A stretch of DNA of 61,366 nucleotides, the filler included, from Dugesia japonica (Eukaryota), in the NCBI GenBank assembly GCA_001938525.1. It is 6 parts of 6 records of this genome, joined end to end, with 100 filler letters (N's around TTAATTAATTAA, not from the genome) between each part and the next. Parts side by side here need not be neighbours in the genome. Positions count along the whole stretch, not along the records: positions 30,218 to 43,351 come from MQRL01604019.1; positions 43,452 to 52,630 come from MQRL01646547.1; 4 more parts are not named here. One strand, given 5' to 3'. Numbering within the stretch: the first letter of the stretch is position 1; each line of letters begins with the position of its first letter. The position numbers and the translations under genes were made by a program. The notes under the pieces are model-generated. The model was not told the DNA's origin. It was given only the letters and a program-made list of their open reading frames with translations, and did no database searches. This document shows positions 36,816-49,369 of this stretch, piece after piece.

Positions 36816-39661
36816 TTGTGTTATGATAGATTTAATTTAATTGATTCGTTAAANNNNNNNNNNNNNNNNNNNNNNNNNNNNNNNNNNNNNNNNNNNNNNN
36901 NNNNNNNNNNNNNNNNNNNNNNNNNNNNNNNAATACCCTCATAAGCCTTATATTACACAGTTATTAGAAAATAATACATAGTTGTTATGTAAATAATACA
37001 CTCATTAAACCTATATTACGTAGTTGCTAAGTAAATATACAAATATCACATTCCTAAACCCTATATTACAGGGTGACTATATAAAAATACCTTCATAAGC
37101 CTTATATTAGACGTTTGCTATGTAAATAATTCCCTCATAAGTCTTATATTTCATAAAACTTAAATTTCATGGTTGCTATGTACATAAAACACTCTTAAGT
37201 CTTATATTTCATAAAACTTATGTTTCATGGTTGCTATGTGCATAATACACTCATAATCCTTTTAATTCTTATTATATACGGTTGCATGTAAATAATACAA
37301 TGTAAATATACAAATATTACACTCATATATGTTTTTTTATAAAAAAGGTTCAATGTTTTTATCATATTGTAAAGAAAAGTTTTGGTTATTTTTAATAGCT
37401 ATATTTTTATCGTGTAAATATCGCAAAGACTCCCCTTACTAAAGTTTTTTGAGAGATATATTTTATCATGTAAATATCATAAAAACTCCCCTCTTTGAAG
37501 TTTTTTGATAGATATATTTTTATTAATGCAACTCAGAAGCATTAAAGCTGCAACACACATACACTAAAAATAACGTGCCTGGGAATTTTTTAAATAAATG
37601 CAATAGGTATGCAACTCAGTTGCAACTCAGATGCAACACACATACATTAAAAATCACAAGCCTATGAAATTTTATTGATATTTTAAATAAATGCAATATG
37701 TATGCAGCTCAGATGCAACTCAGATGCAACAGACATACACTGAAAATCACGAGCCTNNNNNNNNNNNNNNNNNNNNNNNNNNNNNNNNNNTCAAGCCTGT
37801 CCCACATCATGCTAAATATAGAGGCTACCCATGTTAAATATAGTGGCTCCCCATTCAAAATTTCAAGACTGCTCAAAACTATGCAAAATAACAAGACTTA
37901 CCATACCATGCACAAATATATAGACTGCCAATACCATGTAAAAGACGAAGACTGCCCATACCATGTAAAAGACGAAGACTGCCCGATATCTTGTATTAAT
38001 ATCTTACAAAATATCAAGACTGCCCGATATCTTGTAATAATATCTTACAAAATAGTTTGTATTATTTAAATAGTTACTATTAGATTATTGCTCCATTTCA
38101 GTGGTTTGAGTAGTTTTAAAATTTTTCAGGCACGTGTTGGTGTGTTGCAATTGTATTACATACTTATTGCATTTATAAAAATTTCCAGGCATGTGTTACT
38201 ATATTGCATTCGCATTGCATACCTATTGCATTTATTTTTGGAGAGAAATTTAAAAAATATTATTTTTGGCGAAAACAATAAAAAATTAATTTTTGGCGGG
38301 GGAAAATTTTAATTTAATTAGACTTAATTAAATTTAATTAAATCTCTTTAGAAAAGACATTATATTTATGTATGAGATGAGACAGTGTTGATATTTTGCA
38401 TGAGCTGGGTGGAGTCTCTATATTTTGTAAGATATTATTACAAAATATCGGACAGTCTTGATATTTTACATGGGGAGGCACTATATTTAAAATGAGGAGT
38501 TTCTATATTTAACGTGGGGCAGTCTTGATATTCTGAATGAAGAGTCTCTATATTTCGCATTGGATGGGGCAGATTTGATATTTTCCAAGGCATCGAGCAG
38601 TCTAAAATTCATAGGCATGAGATTTTCATTGTATGTGTGTAATGTAAGAATAATTATATAGTAGGTATTCCTCTTATTAATTACATCAGAAATTAATTAA
38701 TCTGATTTAAATAAAAATTCATAAAATTAATTTCATTAAATTTGAATTGAACATTTATTATATATAAACAATTTTTACATTTGGCTTGATAATTTTCCCT
38801 TCAATATTTAATAAATACAAATTGTTTTACTCTTCAAATCAATCAATAATAATTGTTATTTATTTTAGAAATCAACATTCATGGACGGAGATTATTTTGT
38901 AATACACGGCCGAGGGATTCAAGTATTCTTACAAGCAATTTTGAATTATTCATTTAATATCTAGTGATATAATTAAGAATCAATTTTAATTAACAAAATA
39001 TATAAAACTTAAAGTGTTTTTTTCAGAAAAAACATGAATATAAACAAAATATTCTTAAATGTTTATTATATTTTATTGATAATTTTTTATTTTAATATTA
39101 CATCACTCACTTCTCAAATGAGTGAGCATATAGTATAAAGCCCAGATGAAGTTAGACTATACAAATCCATTCTGCTAGCTCGTATCGAGTTACTTCGATC
39201 ACTTTACCGTCTTCATTACTCCATGTCACGAGACTTGGACCTTCTTTAACAAATTACAATGGCTTTCTTAATTCGTGTTTGACCTTTATAAATTTGTATT
39301 TATCATTGTGGTTTGTAGTGAATATTTTGTGACGTCGCTCTTTTGAAATTATTTTGAAACATTTCCTTGTTTTCAAAAGTACGATGTGCGAGCTTCAAAA
39401 TCAGATGAGTATAATAAACTAAAGTTTTCACACAACTATATTTATCTGACTCCAAACAGTTCATTTACGTTGCTGTTATTAGCCTTATTACTTTTGTAGT
39501 GGGGGTTTAATTCAGTAAATAATTATATGATAAATATTAAAAATAAAACAATATAAAACCCTTGAAGATTTATAAAATAAAAAGCAATAACGTTATAAAC
39601 TCAAAAAATAATTATTTATCTTTTTAAATAAATAATTGACAACCATTTTTTAAAATATTTA

Positions 39662-39704
39662 TTTGCTATCAATTTCGACGGAATAACCGTCATCGTCAGG
39701 CAAT
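39662..39704 (-). ncRNA. Type I hammerhead ribozyme with intact core, in a Penelope-like 3' end
   Basis: UUGC-CUGACGA-U-GACGG(UUAUU)CCGUC-GAAA-UUGA-UA|GCAA. Stems I and II pair perfectly and stem III is minimal. Confidence 0.8.
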
Positions 39705-39789
39705 TAAACAATGTTAAAACAAACTTTTTACAAAGTTAAAATGATTATATAAATTTCAATTGTGCAGTCTCAATAAAAAATTTCAATAA

Positions 39790-39960
39790 AATAATTTTAA
39801 GAGTGATGTTGAATCCATCAACTGAACATTAATTTTAGGATTTAATGCCCTTATGAACAAAGCTTCGCACATCACTCTCTTCCAATAATTATTAAATCCA
39901 TTGCACAAAATTTAAAAATCAGAACACCCTCTGAAGAGCTCTCTGTCCAAATTATGTCTT
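39790..39960 (-). pseudogene. Penelope-like GIY-YIG endonuclease C-terminus
   Basis: ILCNGFNNYWKRVMCEALFIRALNPKINVQ (R...EAL.I...P.IN.Q), about 100 nt upstream of the hammerhead. Confidence 0.75.
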
Positions 39961-40534
39961 AGTCTCTAAAATGAAAACAAATACAATGAATTTATTTTTA
40001 AAATTTTTTGTCGGTAAGCTATCTGTCTTTAACTGTGATATCCTGTATTTAGAAAATATTTATTTTAATATTTTCATAATTTGTTTTTTAACTGATCAGA
40101 ATTAATTATTAAAATGCTATTATGAATTCTATATTTATTGATATTTTATATATTTTTATTTGTTAAACTTTAAAAAAAAATTTTTTAAAAATTTTTAAAA
40201 CATTTTAACTTATTTAAATTTATAAATTAATTATTTTTTTTATTTTTAAAAATAGAAATATTACACAGAAAATGTGTTTCTAAAGTAAATGTAATACAAA
40301 TTGCAAAAATGCAAAATATTATTGTACAATTCTATAATAAAATAAAAAATAATTGTTGCAAATCATAATATTATTAATTTAATTATATATAAAATAATAT
40401 TGTGTTGAACATCATTCTCAGTTTGTCATAATTAAAATAAATATTTTGTCAGTTAGTTATAAACAATCATTATAATTAATTTGTCTGTGTTCAATGAGAA
40501 TTTACAAATATTAATTTGAAATAATTTAAATTAT

Positions 40535-41430
40535 TTTGCATTAAAATAAAGAAATTTATTTCGATCAAAATAAAATTTATTTGTAAAGAAATTCAAATTT
40601 TCGACACACTTGTCTTCTTCAGGAATGATGACTTTCTGATTGATTCAAAATAACAATCGATCTTTGCAATACAATAATTAATCTTTTATCGAAATTTTAT
40701 TGGTCTATTAAATTATAATTTTTTTTTAAATGATATCTCAAAAATTCTTTTTAATTAAATTTAATTGAAAATTTTTTAATAAAATATTTAGATATGTATT
40801 TTTTTAATATTAAAATTTTATAATATTAAAACTCTAATATTTTTACTAATTTTTTTATTAAAAGTTTTTTAGTTATGTTAATTATTAAGAATCCTTGAAA
40901 AATGTTTATTTATTGAAACCTTTTAATTATTGTAATTATTTTAAATCTTTGAAAATGTTAATTATTTAACGGAATTTTTAATTATTGCAAAAAAAATTAA
41001 TAATAATTTAAAAAATATTTTTTTGCAATCATTAAAATTTTATCAATTATTACAATAATTAAAAAAAACTTTTTCAATAATTATCATTTTTTAAAGAATT
41101 TAAATAATTACAAATTTTAATATTAATAAAAAACTAATCTAAAGATTTTAATACTTTAATACATTAATTTAATTTTTGTAAAAATCATTTAAAATATTTT
41201 TAATTAAATTTATTTAAAAAGAATTTTTGAGATGTAATTTAAAAAAAAAATTATAATTTAAATCAACCAATAAAAGCTCCATTATAGATTAATAGTTTTG
41301 TAGCAAAGATCTATTGTCATTTTGAATCAATCAGAAAGTCTTCATTCCTGAAGAGGACAAATGTAGAAAATTTTAATTTCTTTACAAATACATTTTATTT
41401 TGATCAAAGCCTTTTCTTTATTTTAATGAA
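40535..41430. repeat. ~0.9-kb imperfect palindrome with hammerhead-bearing arms
   Basis: 40561-40760 is the reverse complement of ~41220-41410. Centre near 40990. Confidence 0.75.
40591..40626 (-). ncRNA. Minimal hammerhead ribozyme motif
   Basis: AUUC-CUGAAGA-A-GACA(AGUG)UGUC-GAAA-AU-UU|GAAU. An eroded mirror copy lies at 41344-41376 (+). Confidence 0.6.
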
Positions 41431-42564
41431 ATCTCAAATGCGATAAATGGTTAATTGTGCAATAATTATTCTCACAATAATTGTAATTATAATTTAAAAT
41501 AATTATTTTTATAAATATTTCAAATTTTTATTTATTTTTTATTTGAATTAATAATTTAGTTAATTATTATAAATTAATAAATTGATTAAATTTTATCTTT
41601 ATTAATACTCACTTATTCAATTAGCAAATGAGGATGAAATGCAAGTGTTTATTAACGATAATCAAGGTTTGCAAACTTTATTGAAAATATAATTATAAAA
41701 CATAAAATACTAAAAAATATTTAAAAGCTATGAAATATCCACACAAGGATGAATATAAATGATTTTCATTTAGAATGAATTATAAATAAAGTATTATAAA
41801 TAAATTATGTCAGATAAATCAAAATATTATATTTATGAAAACTACATTTGAAATATATTTCCAAACCCGTTTCTAAAATTCTATGTACACCAGTCTTCAA
41901 TATTGGAAGTTATTCTGCTATTTCTAATTCTAGTTTTATGGAACTTCTATATTTCTGATGAATATGCTATTTTTGATTTGGAGCAATCCTTTAATATTCA
42001 TTAAATTATATATATTTTTTCAATAACCTTTAGAAAAAATTCGTGTGGTTTTATTGATTTTGTGAAAATATTATAATTATGTGTCATTCAATGACGCATC
42101 CATCCATACGAAGTTTTGTGCGATCAAAGTATAATGAAAGAACTTAAAATATTCATTTGCAAATGCGCGATAACTCATCAAAAAATTAAAAATAAATTTT
42201 CTATTAAAAAACCGTGTAACATTTTCATCAGTAGGTGATTTCTGTTGGCGATTAGTTGGAGAGTGTTGCGGCAGTGCGCACATATCACCTACTGTCACAA
42301 CATTGATGTTGAACTGATCGATTATATTTGAAATAATGAATAATATATCTTAAAAAAGATTTTTGTATTTTATTTGATCTGTTTTCATTTCCTCTTAAAT
42401 TTTTATTGCAAAAATAAAATGGTAACCTCTAACTGTGTCATCCTGTTTTTACAAAATTATTTATTTTAATATTTTCGTTGTATTTTATTTTTGTTTTTTA
42501 ACTGATTAGAGTATGAGCTGTCAGAGATATGAGCTGTCTGGGCTAAGATGTTTACATTATCATT

Positions 42565-43030
42565 ATTGCGTGAACTTTCACAAATGTATGTATACATCGA
42601 AATCGATACACAATGTGTGACTTTTTACACCTTTGGCGCCTTTAAAGTAAACAATGTTAGGTGTGAATTTTCACACTTTTTTTGACCTGAAAAATTAAAT
42701 TTTTTTATTATTTTTCGTGTAAATTACACAATTTAATGTAAACAATAATTTCTTAATGTTTATTGTGTTTTAAGCGTTGCGCATTGAGCAATAATATATG
42801 AAATTATTAATAATAGTATTTTAAATGTTTTTATAGGTGTGAATTTCAGACCTTAAACGATTATTTTTTGTTTTGACATGTGATTTTTTACATAATATTA
42901 TTATAAAAAAATGTTTTTTCTTTCATAGGCGTGGATTTTGTACACACCTTGAGTTTTCACTATAAAAATGTTCACACAATAATGAGAAATTTCATACTTA
43001 AAACGTGAGCTTTCACAGATTAATTGTCAA
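42565..43030. repeat. Second copy of the GTGTGAA-NN-TTCACAC repeat element
   Basis: Reverse-complement match to 16140-16640. Confidence 0.65.
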
Positions 43031-43351
43031 ATTAATATTTTTGGTGAAGTTTAAAAAAAAATAAAGTTGAATAAAGACACTAATGAGTTTATTATTAAAT
43101 TTTTTTAAATGACAATTTTTTAAATATTACAATTTTTTTTTATCAAATACATTTTTAGTTTTATTAAAAATTTTTATAAAAAATTATTTAACAATTATTC
43201 AAAAAATATTATTAATAATATTAGTTTTTTATACAATCATTATGACTTTCTAAAATTTTTGTTTAAATGAAAATGAGATTACTTATTAATATCATTAATG
43301 AATTTATTATTTTTTAAAAATATTTTCTTATTAAATATACTGAAATAAACA

Positions 43352-43451
43352 NNNNNNNNNNNNNNNNNNNNNNNNNNNNNNNNNNNNNNNNNNNNTTAAT
43401 TAATTAANNNNNNNNNNNNNNNNNNNNNNNNNNNNNNNNNNNNNNNNNNNN
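43352..43451. other. Artificial contig spacer
   Basis: N44-TTAATTAATTAA-N44. Confidence 0.95.
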
Positions 43452-43514
43452 ATGTGTGCCACCGCCTATTTACATTAGAAAAATTAAAAAACAGTTATGT
43501 AATAATCCGATTAC

Positions 43515-43574
43515 GTATAGGGGGCGGGGGGGTACTGCATGTGTGCAGAGGTTCTCCGCTACTATCTTTCTACT
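43515..43574. mobile_element. Polinton-type terminus
   Basis: G-tract then CCGCTACTATCTTTCTACT. Confidence 0.55.
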
Positions 43575-43639
43575 ATTAAAACCTAAATTTTGATCAAAGC
43601 TTTTATATTAAATGAATATCCATCTAATTTATAATTACT

Positions 43640-44500
43640 TATTGCCTTTTCTCCTCCTCTTTTGGAATGTTGTATATTTAATTTGTTGATATAACTTAAC
43701 TATTCAAGCCAATGTAAAGATTTGGAGGAATAAACGTCATTAAAATCGGATAGTCTTAGAATTCCTATTGTATTATTATTTATTATAGACATAAACGTTT
43801 TGGCACATACTTGCGCAATAGTAATATATTGAAATGGGTCTAAATTCAATAAATTACCATTAGGCATCTTTATATTCATAAAAACATCTTTGTATATTAA
43901 ACATCCTTTAGTTAATATCATTACATCTGTTAAAGAATAATAAAATAATTCATTTTGAAAATTAAATATATCATTATTATTTATTCTCTCATCATACCAA
44001 GCTTTTAATTTTTCTTTATTAGTTAATTGATCGGTCTCTATCTTTTGCATTATTACTCATTGTTTCATATCTATAATAGTATAAAGCCGGAAAAGCACCG
44101 ATATAGTTTTGATTCGCTGTTGTATTTTCAAAATGAGATAATTCCCCTTTTGTTCCTTTAAAGCCGAATGTTTCGGGAAATGCTTTTAAAGCACATAAAG
44201 TAAAACATAATGAGCCAATGAATCTAATATTAAAATTTTTAACACGAATGTGTATAATTTTATTTCATCTAAAGGTAATTTATTTTTAATTAACCAACCT
44301 AATATTGGTTGATTATCGTATCCTTTGGAATAATATGCTATAAATGTATAATCTTTAAAAGTCATGCTAATAAAAAATTTGCAGAAAGTATCTTTTAAGG
44401 ATATTGAATCATTTATAATTATTTGGTTTATTGCTACACATTTAGCCATTATATTATTAACATTTAATTCATCTAATTTCAAATTCATTTCTTCTCTCGT
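43640..44500 (-). pseudogene. Protein-primed DNA polymerase B, exonuclease region (type 1)
   Basis: FIAYYSKGYD, ILDSL, FPETFGFKGTKG, NQNYIG, FNFQNELFYYSLTDVMILTKGC, DPFQYITIAQVC, SLHWLE. Confidence 0.85.
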
Positions 44501-44639
44501 TTCATCGTTAGAAGCTTCGGTAATTATTTTAAATATAGTTACAATATTTAATTGAAATTTCTAAAATACTTTTCTTAGAGAATCATACAGAATTTACAAA
44601 TAACTTTTCTTATCATGTACCGGAGTAAATAAAAACCAA

Positions 44640-45070
44640 CTATTGTATCAGATGAAATCGGATGGTCTGCTGGATTCAAGCAATTATCTAAACGATAACC
44701 CACTCTATTCCAGCAATGTGGCCAATAAAATTTGATTGTTTAAACATGACGGAGCAGGTGAATACTTTACTGAATGGGTATTCCTAAAGCCGAAATGTTA
44801 TAAGTTGAAGATAAAGGATTCTTGTACGATAATGAAGGTAAAGGAAATAAGAATAAAAAAAACAGATATCAATCATCAGAACTATTTAAATGCATATATT
44901 AAAGATGAAGACAATTAAGAAGAACAAAACAAGGTTATGCAGACTAGCTTTCGTTTGATAAGTCACCAAGTTTACACATTAGAGAGTAACAAACGCGTTT
45001 TATCATGCCTGGATGATAAGCGCATTTAGAGTGAAAGATATACTACTATGACCTATAGTAATTATAAAAC
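44640..45070 (+). pseudogene. pPolB C-terminus (type 2)
   Basis: LLDSSNY...HPLYS, LFKHD, EWVFLKPKCY, NKRVLSCLDDKR. Homologous to 53540-53920. Confidence 0.8.
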
Positions 45071-45767
45071 TATTAATAAGTATATATTTGTTATGTTTAA
45101 GGATCTTTGATTCTCAAAAGAAAAAGAAGAAAAAGAAGATGAAAAAACCGAGGGGTCCAGAAGAGTAAAATTTATTTATTCATTATGTATATTAATAATA
45201 AGAAAAGAAATATTTATTGTCTTTGATTTAATAAAAGTATTATGTCTCCTTTGATTTATTCTTAATTAGGTAAATAATAAGGTTAATAATAAGAAATATT
45301 TAGTCTTTCGTTTATAATAAAAAGTGTAACGACTCTTTAGATAAAACAAAATTGTAAATAATCAAAAAAGAAGTTTAATAATGATAATAATAGTTATTAT
45401 GTAACATAGTAATTGTGTATTGTAATACTAAATGTTATAAGCATGATTATGTAAGATGTCAAATGACACGTTTGCGGTGTGTATTCATTATGTAATAGAT
45501 TACATTTCATTGACAGGTGGCCTCGAACGTACCTATTCCTCTACTGTGATGATAACAGAAAATTAATCAAATTTGCAAAAGATTAAAAAAAACATGANNN
45601 NNNNNNNNNNNNNNNNNNNNNNNNNNNNNNNNNNNNNNNNNNNNNNNNNNNNNNNNNNNNNNNNNNNNNNNNNNNNNNNNNNNNNNNNNNNNNNNNNNNN
45701 NNNNNNNNNNNNNNNNNNNNNNNNNNNNNNNNNNNNNNNNNNNNNNNNNNNNNNNNNNNNNNNNNNN

Positions 45768-46050
45768 TAAAGAGATTTGAATTACCTATTCTTAAACATA
45801 TTGGTTCATTTGGTATGAAAACAGCTCAGGATGTACTAGCTAATGATAGAAAAATATTACCAACATTGAAATACAATGCATTAGCTGAACTTGGAAATGT
45901 AGTGTCTTCGTTACCTAGTGGATTAACCAGTATGATCCCAAAAGTAACAAGCATATTACCGCAAAGTAAAACAAATAAGATACCATTTGAATAACTAATA
46001 TGCTATAAAAATCAAGTCAAGACACAACAAACTCATAGAAAACGTCAAGA
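45768..46050 (+). pseudogene. Fragment homologous to the small virion protein at 15600-15980
   Basis: RFELPILKHIGSFGMKTAQDVLANDRKILPTLKYNAL. Confidence 0.5.
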
Positions 46051-46417
46051 ATCCCTCGCTTTCTTGATTTGATCCATTTTTTTATGTCGACCATTTTATG
46101 CAATTCATATCTTCTTATTTGACTCCGTTCTGATAAATAATTAAAACAATCTTAGTTAAAATTACCTAGACTCAACGGATCCTATAAATAATATAATTAA
46201 TATATAAATTTTTAAAGAAACATTTAATGTTTGAGCAGATATTTCTTGTCTTGAATTCATTATTGATATTTTAACAACAATAATATAATATTAATACAGT
46301 AATATCTGTATATTTAAAATCAATTTCAAAATATTGCATGNNNNNNNNNNNNNNNNNNNNNNNNNNNNNNNNNNNNNNNNNNNNNNNNNNNNNNNNNNNN
46401 NNNNNNNNNNNNNNNNN

Positions 46418-47020
46418 ATAGTTGTTAATTCATTAACAAAAACAATTATTTTATCAGAATTCAAAGTTTATTTCAGAAATCAAGTGATTTACTTAGTTGC
46501 TCTAATTTTGTTATGTATAATTCATCTTTCAACTGTATAGTATGATAATTTACTTTAGAATAAGTTATTTTAATTTTTACATTTTCTATTAAAAAATCAT
46601 CATTAAATGCTGAATATACAATATAAGTAAATCTAGTTTTCTCTTTGTTAGTCTTATATGGGTATCCAAATGTATATGCGATTTTTTCATCTTCAAATAT
46701 GATAACATATGGATATTCACAAGCAATATTTATCATCCTCCTATATGAAAAGATTGTCATTGTAATCGAATTTCAAGAATTTTCCTTTGTGATTAATAGT
46801 AACAGTCATTTCATTTAATATACTTTTTGATTACATGTATTGAATTTTAGAATTGCTATATAATAGAAATTTTTGATATACAAAGGTAAAACCTTACAAT
46901 GCTACTTCCCACTGACCATCCCTATAAATTGGATTTTGAAGGTCAACAATGAATTTATTAGCATTATTATCCAGATGAATAAGTGAACAGCTATTATTCG
47001 GTAAAAGTGTATAGAAATTA
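46418..47020 (-). pseudogene. Polinton penton, N-terminal part
   Basis: NFYTLLPNNSCSLIHLDNNANKFIVDLQNP...QWEVAL, homologous to 14203-14350. Confidence 0.75.
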
Positions 47021-47029
47021 CTTGATTTC

Positions 47030-47560
47030 CTCTGACGTTTCTTCTTGATCAACTATTTGTGATACTAATATCCTACTTGGTTTTTCATATTCATGCAACT
47101 TTACAAAGTATTTTTTATTCTTCCCAGTTCCATTTGATTTTGACAATTTTTTTATTCAATATATCTCTGGTGGTGGAATAACTTGTAATTCTTGTTCATA
47201 GAATTTTCCTTGCACGATATTATTTTCATAATTTTTATTAACATGCATGATAGAATTTTGTTTCGTGTTGATTTTTATTATTTGAAACTCTTCATCACCC
47301 CAATTACTATTGCAATTGTTGATAAATCGTGAAGCTATTTTTGAAATTCTCACATGATCACCAACTTTTTTACTTGGATTTTGTATTTGCTTTTGAATGT
47401 TTTCGTGATAACCATAACTTTAATTGATTGTTTGTACTTACGTCAACCGACCTTACTCCATTGAATTCCTTATGACCAGAATGATTATAACTATGAATAA
47501 AATTCGTTAAAACATTTATTTCAGTGTATCTCTCAATGTAATACAAATTTTAGGTCAAAA
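47030..47560 (-). pseudogene. Polinton integrase C-terminus and chromodomain (catalytic core deleted)
   Basis: FIHSYNHSGH, KVGDHVRISK, NWGDEEF, VQGKFYEQELQ, KYFVKL. Confidence 0.8.
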
Positions 47561-47624
47561 TTAGGCGATGATTGCAATCTACACATGGTTTATTTAAATA
47601 TTGCTATAAATCAGTAATTGTATA

Positions 47625-47944
47625 TTTGAAATGAGTTAATCCTAATGCTGCTAATGTCATTGCTATTAATGCTAAAATAAAATTAATCCTGATATTCACT
47701 ATTACTCGTCTCAATAATTTCCTATTTTTTGTATTTACAAGCGTTAATAATGTTTTTTGTTATGTTTTTTCAATACATCATTTTTAGCATCGCTCAAATT
47801 TACATTACCACGAACAATATTTACAATAATTTTAATTAAATCATCTATAAAATATGGTAGAAATAATTGCAAAATTTTCATTCTAGAAAATCTTGATGAT
47901 TTAATCAACGCGATAAAAAATGAAATAATTTTTTCTAATTTCAT
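47625..47944 (-). pseudogene. Small virion-type protein, homologue of 12600-13093
   Basis: FIALIKSSRFSRMKIL...IIVNIVRGNVNLS, then a hydrophobic tail (GLILFLALIAMTLAALG). Confidence 0.6.
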
Positions 47945-48229
47945 TTTTATTTCAATAAAACATACATACCAATAGATTTTTTATAATGATATCCATTTTT
48001 CGTTCATTATTTTTAGTTTCTTTTCGCTACTTTTTGCAAGTTTTCCAATTATTTAATTGCTTTTTCTTATTTGGATATGTTTTCTTATGCGATTGATTCT
48101 TATGTGATTTTTTCTTACAGGATTGTTTCATCTTTCTCTTAACAGCAGGCTTTTTTCGTTCTTTAAGATCAACATCAACCACAATTTTCTTAAATTTTGC
48201 CACATTATAAAATATTAAGAAAATTAACT

Positions 48230-48850
48230 ATTTTGTTTATACACTGTTATACCGTTTGGACTAAAAATATCAATTCTCACTCTATAGTCATCTAGACATT
48301 GTTGAGTAAAGTCAAGAAATAAATATCCCTAAGGATTTTCTGTTGCATCTTGAAATGATTCAATCAAATATTTTCTGTTATTTGAATATACCTGTCTTGC
48401 TAAAAAATCGATAATAGTCTGATCTCTGGGATTTTTGAAGAGAACCAAATATTGTACTTTTAAATTGGGGGTTCTATGACTTCCTCCTTGATGAAATAGA
48501 ATTTGAGTAATAAATATCACAGTAACATTACGATGTTTCGATATCTTTGTGAATAAATTATTGAAATCGCTATCTTTATTTTCCTCCTGATACAAATCGT
48601 CAACAACAATAACATCACCGGGTCTCAATCTTTTTATCAAAGCCATTTATAATTTTCATTTTAATATTACAAAACTCATATTTAGTCAGTTCATTCTCTT
48701 CATCTGCGCCACTATGCCAGTAGAGGTTTTTAAATTTCGATTTGAATAAATTTTATTTCAATAATTTACATAAAACAAAGTTTTAGCACTACCACTGGGC
48801 CCAACAATTTGATAGACTGCATCATTTCTTAATTTCTAAATCTTGTTTTT
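48230..48850 (-). pseudogene. Polinton packaging ATPase, second divergent copy
   Basis: YQIVGPSGSAKT, VIVVDDL, SKHRNVTVIFITQ, YLVLFKNPRD. Confidence 0.9.
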
Positions 48851-48883
48851 AAAATTTATTAATAATTCAGTAAATTAATTTCA

Positions 48884-49130
48884 TTGAAACCCCCAATTAA
48901 TTCATTAATTATTATTACTAATATTAATTACAGAGTGTCGCAAGAAGTAATAAAGAAAATGAGCTTTCTAATAGGTAAACCATGTCAATTCAAAGTCAAA
49001 AGTGACAATTTTACAATTATATTCTTTAGATCTGGAAAATATAGAAGAATTGGTTGTAAGAAACCATTGAAATCAAATGATTTGAACTCCTATGATATAA
49101 AAAATTTACAAAGATTTACCAGTCATTTCA
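48884..49130 (+). pseudogene. TBP-like protein, N-terminal repeat
   Basis: SLIIITNINYR...GKPCQFKVKSDNFTIIFFRSGKYRRIGCKKPL aligns with 36815-36600. Divergent from the ATPase. Confidence 0.75.
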
Positions 49131-49369
49131 GACTTGTAAGATTTCCGGAGGAAAACAAAGAATTATTTATTGAACAATGTAAAATTATAAGGTTTATTTG
49201 TAATTTTTGTTTGTTTTTTTTAAAAAAATAAATGTATTGAAATTTTATTTGTTTTTTCTTTTGAATTTTCATTTGAATTTTTTTTTTCATTAAATAAAAA
49301 TGAAAAGAAATAATTAACATACGAATATATTTTTTAATTAACATAAAAAACATCAAAATATTAAATAGT

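Larger units (their letters stand above)
30884..38640. mobile_element. Rearranged Polinton derivative: left terminus, long repeat arms, genes B, C, A and TBP-like
   Basis: Starts ATTAGGTAGATACGAGCGCACTGG (reverse complement of the terminal motif). 32520-33020 is inverted relative to 37325-37860. No core Polinton genes are inside. Confidence 0.65.

Noticed and set aside
39150-39480. Coding-looking minus-strand stretch (EGPSLVTWSNEDGKVIEVTRYELAEW)
   Set aside because: Broken by stops, single copy, and no family recognised.
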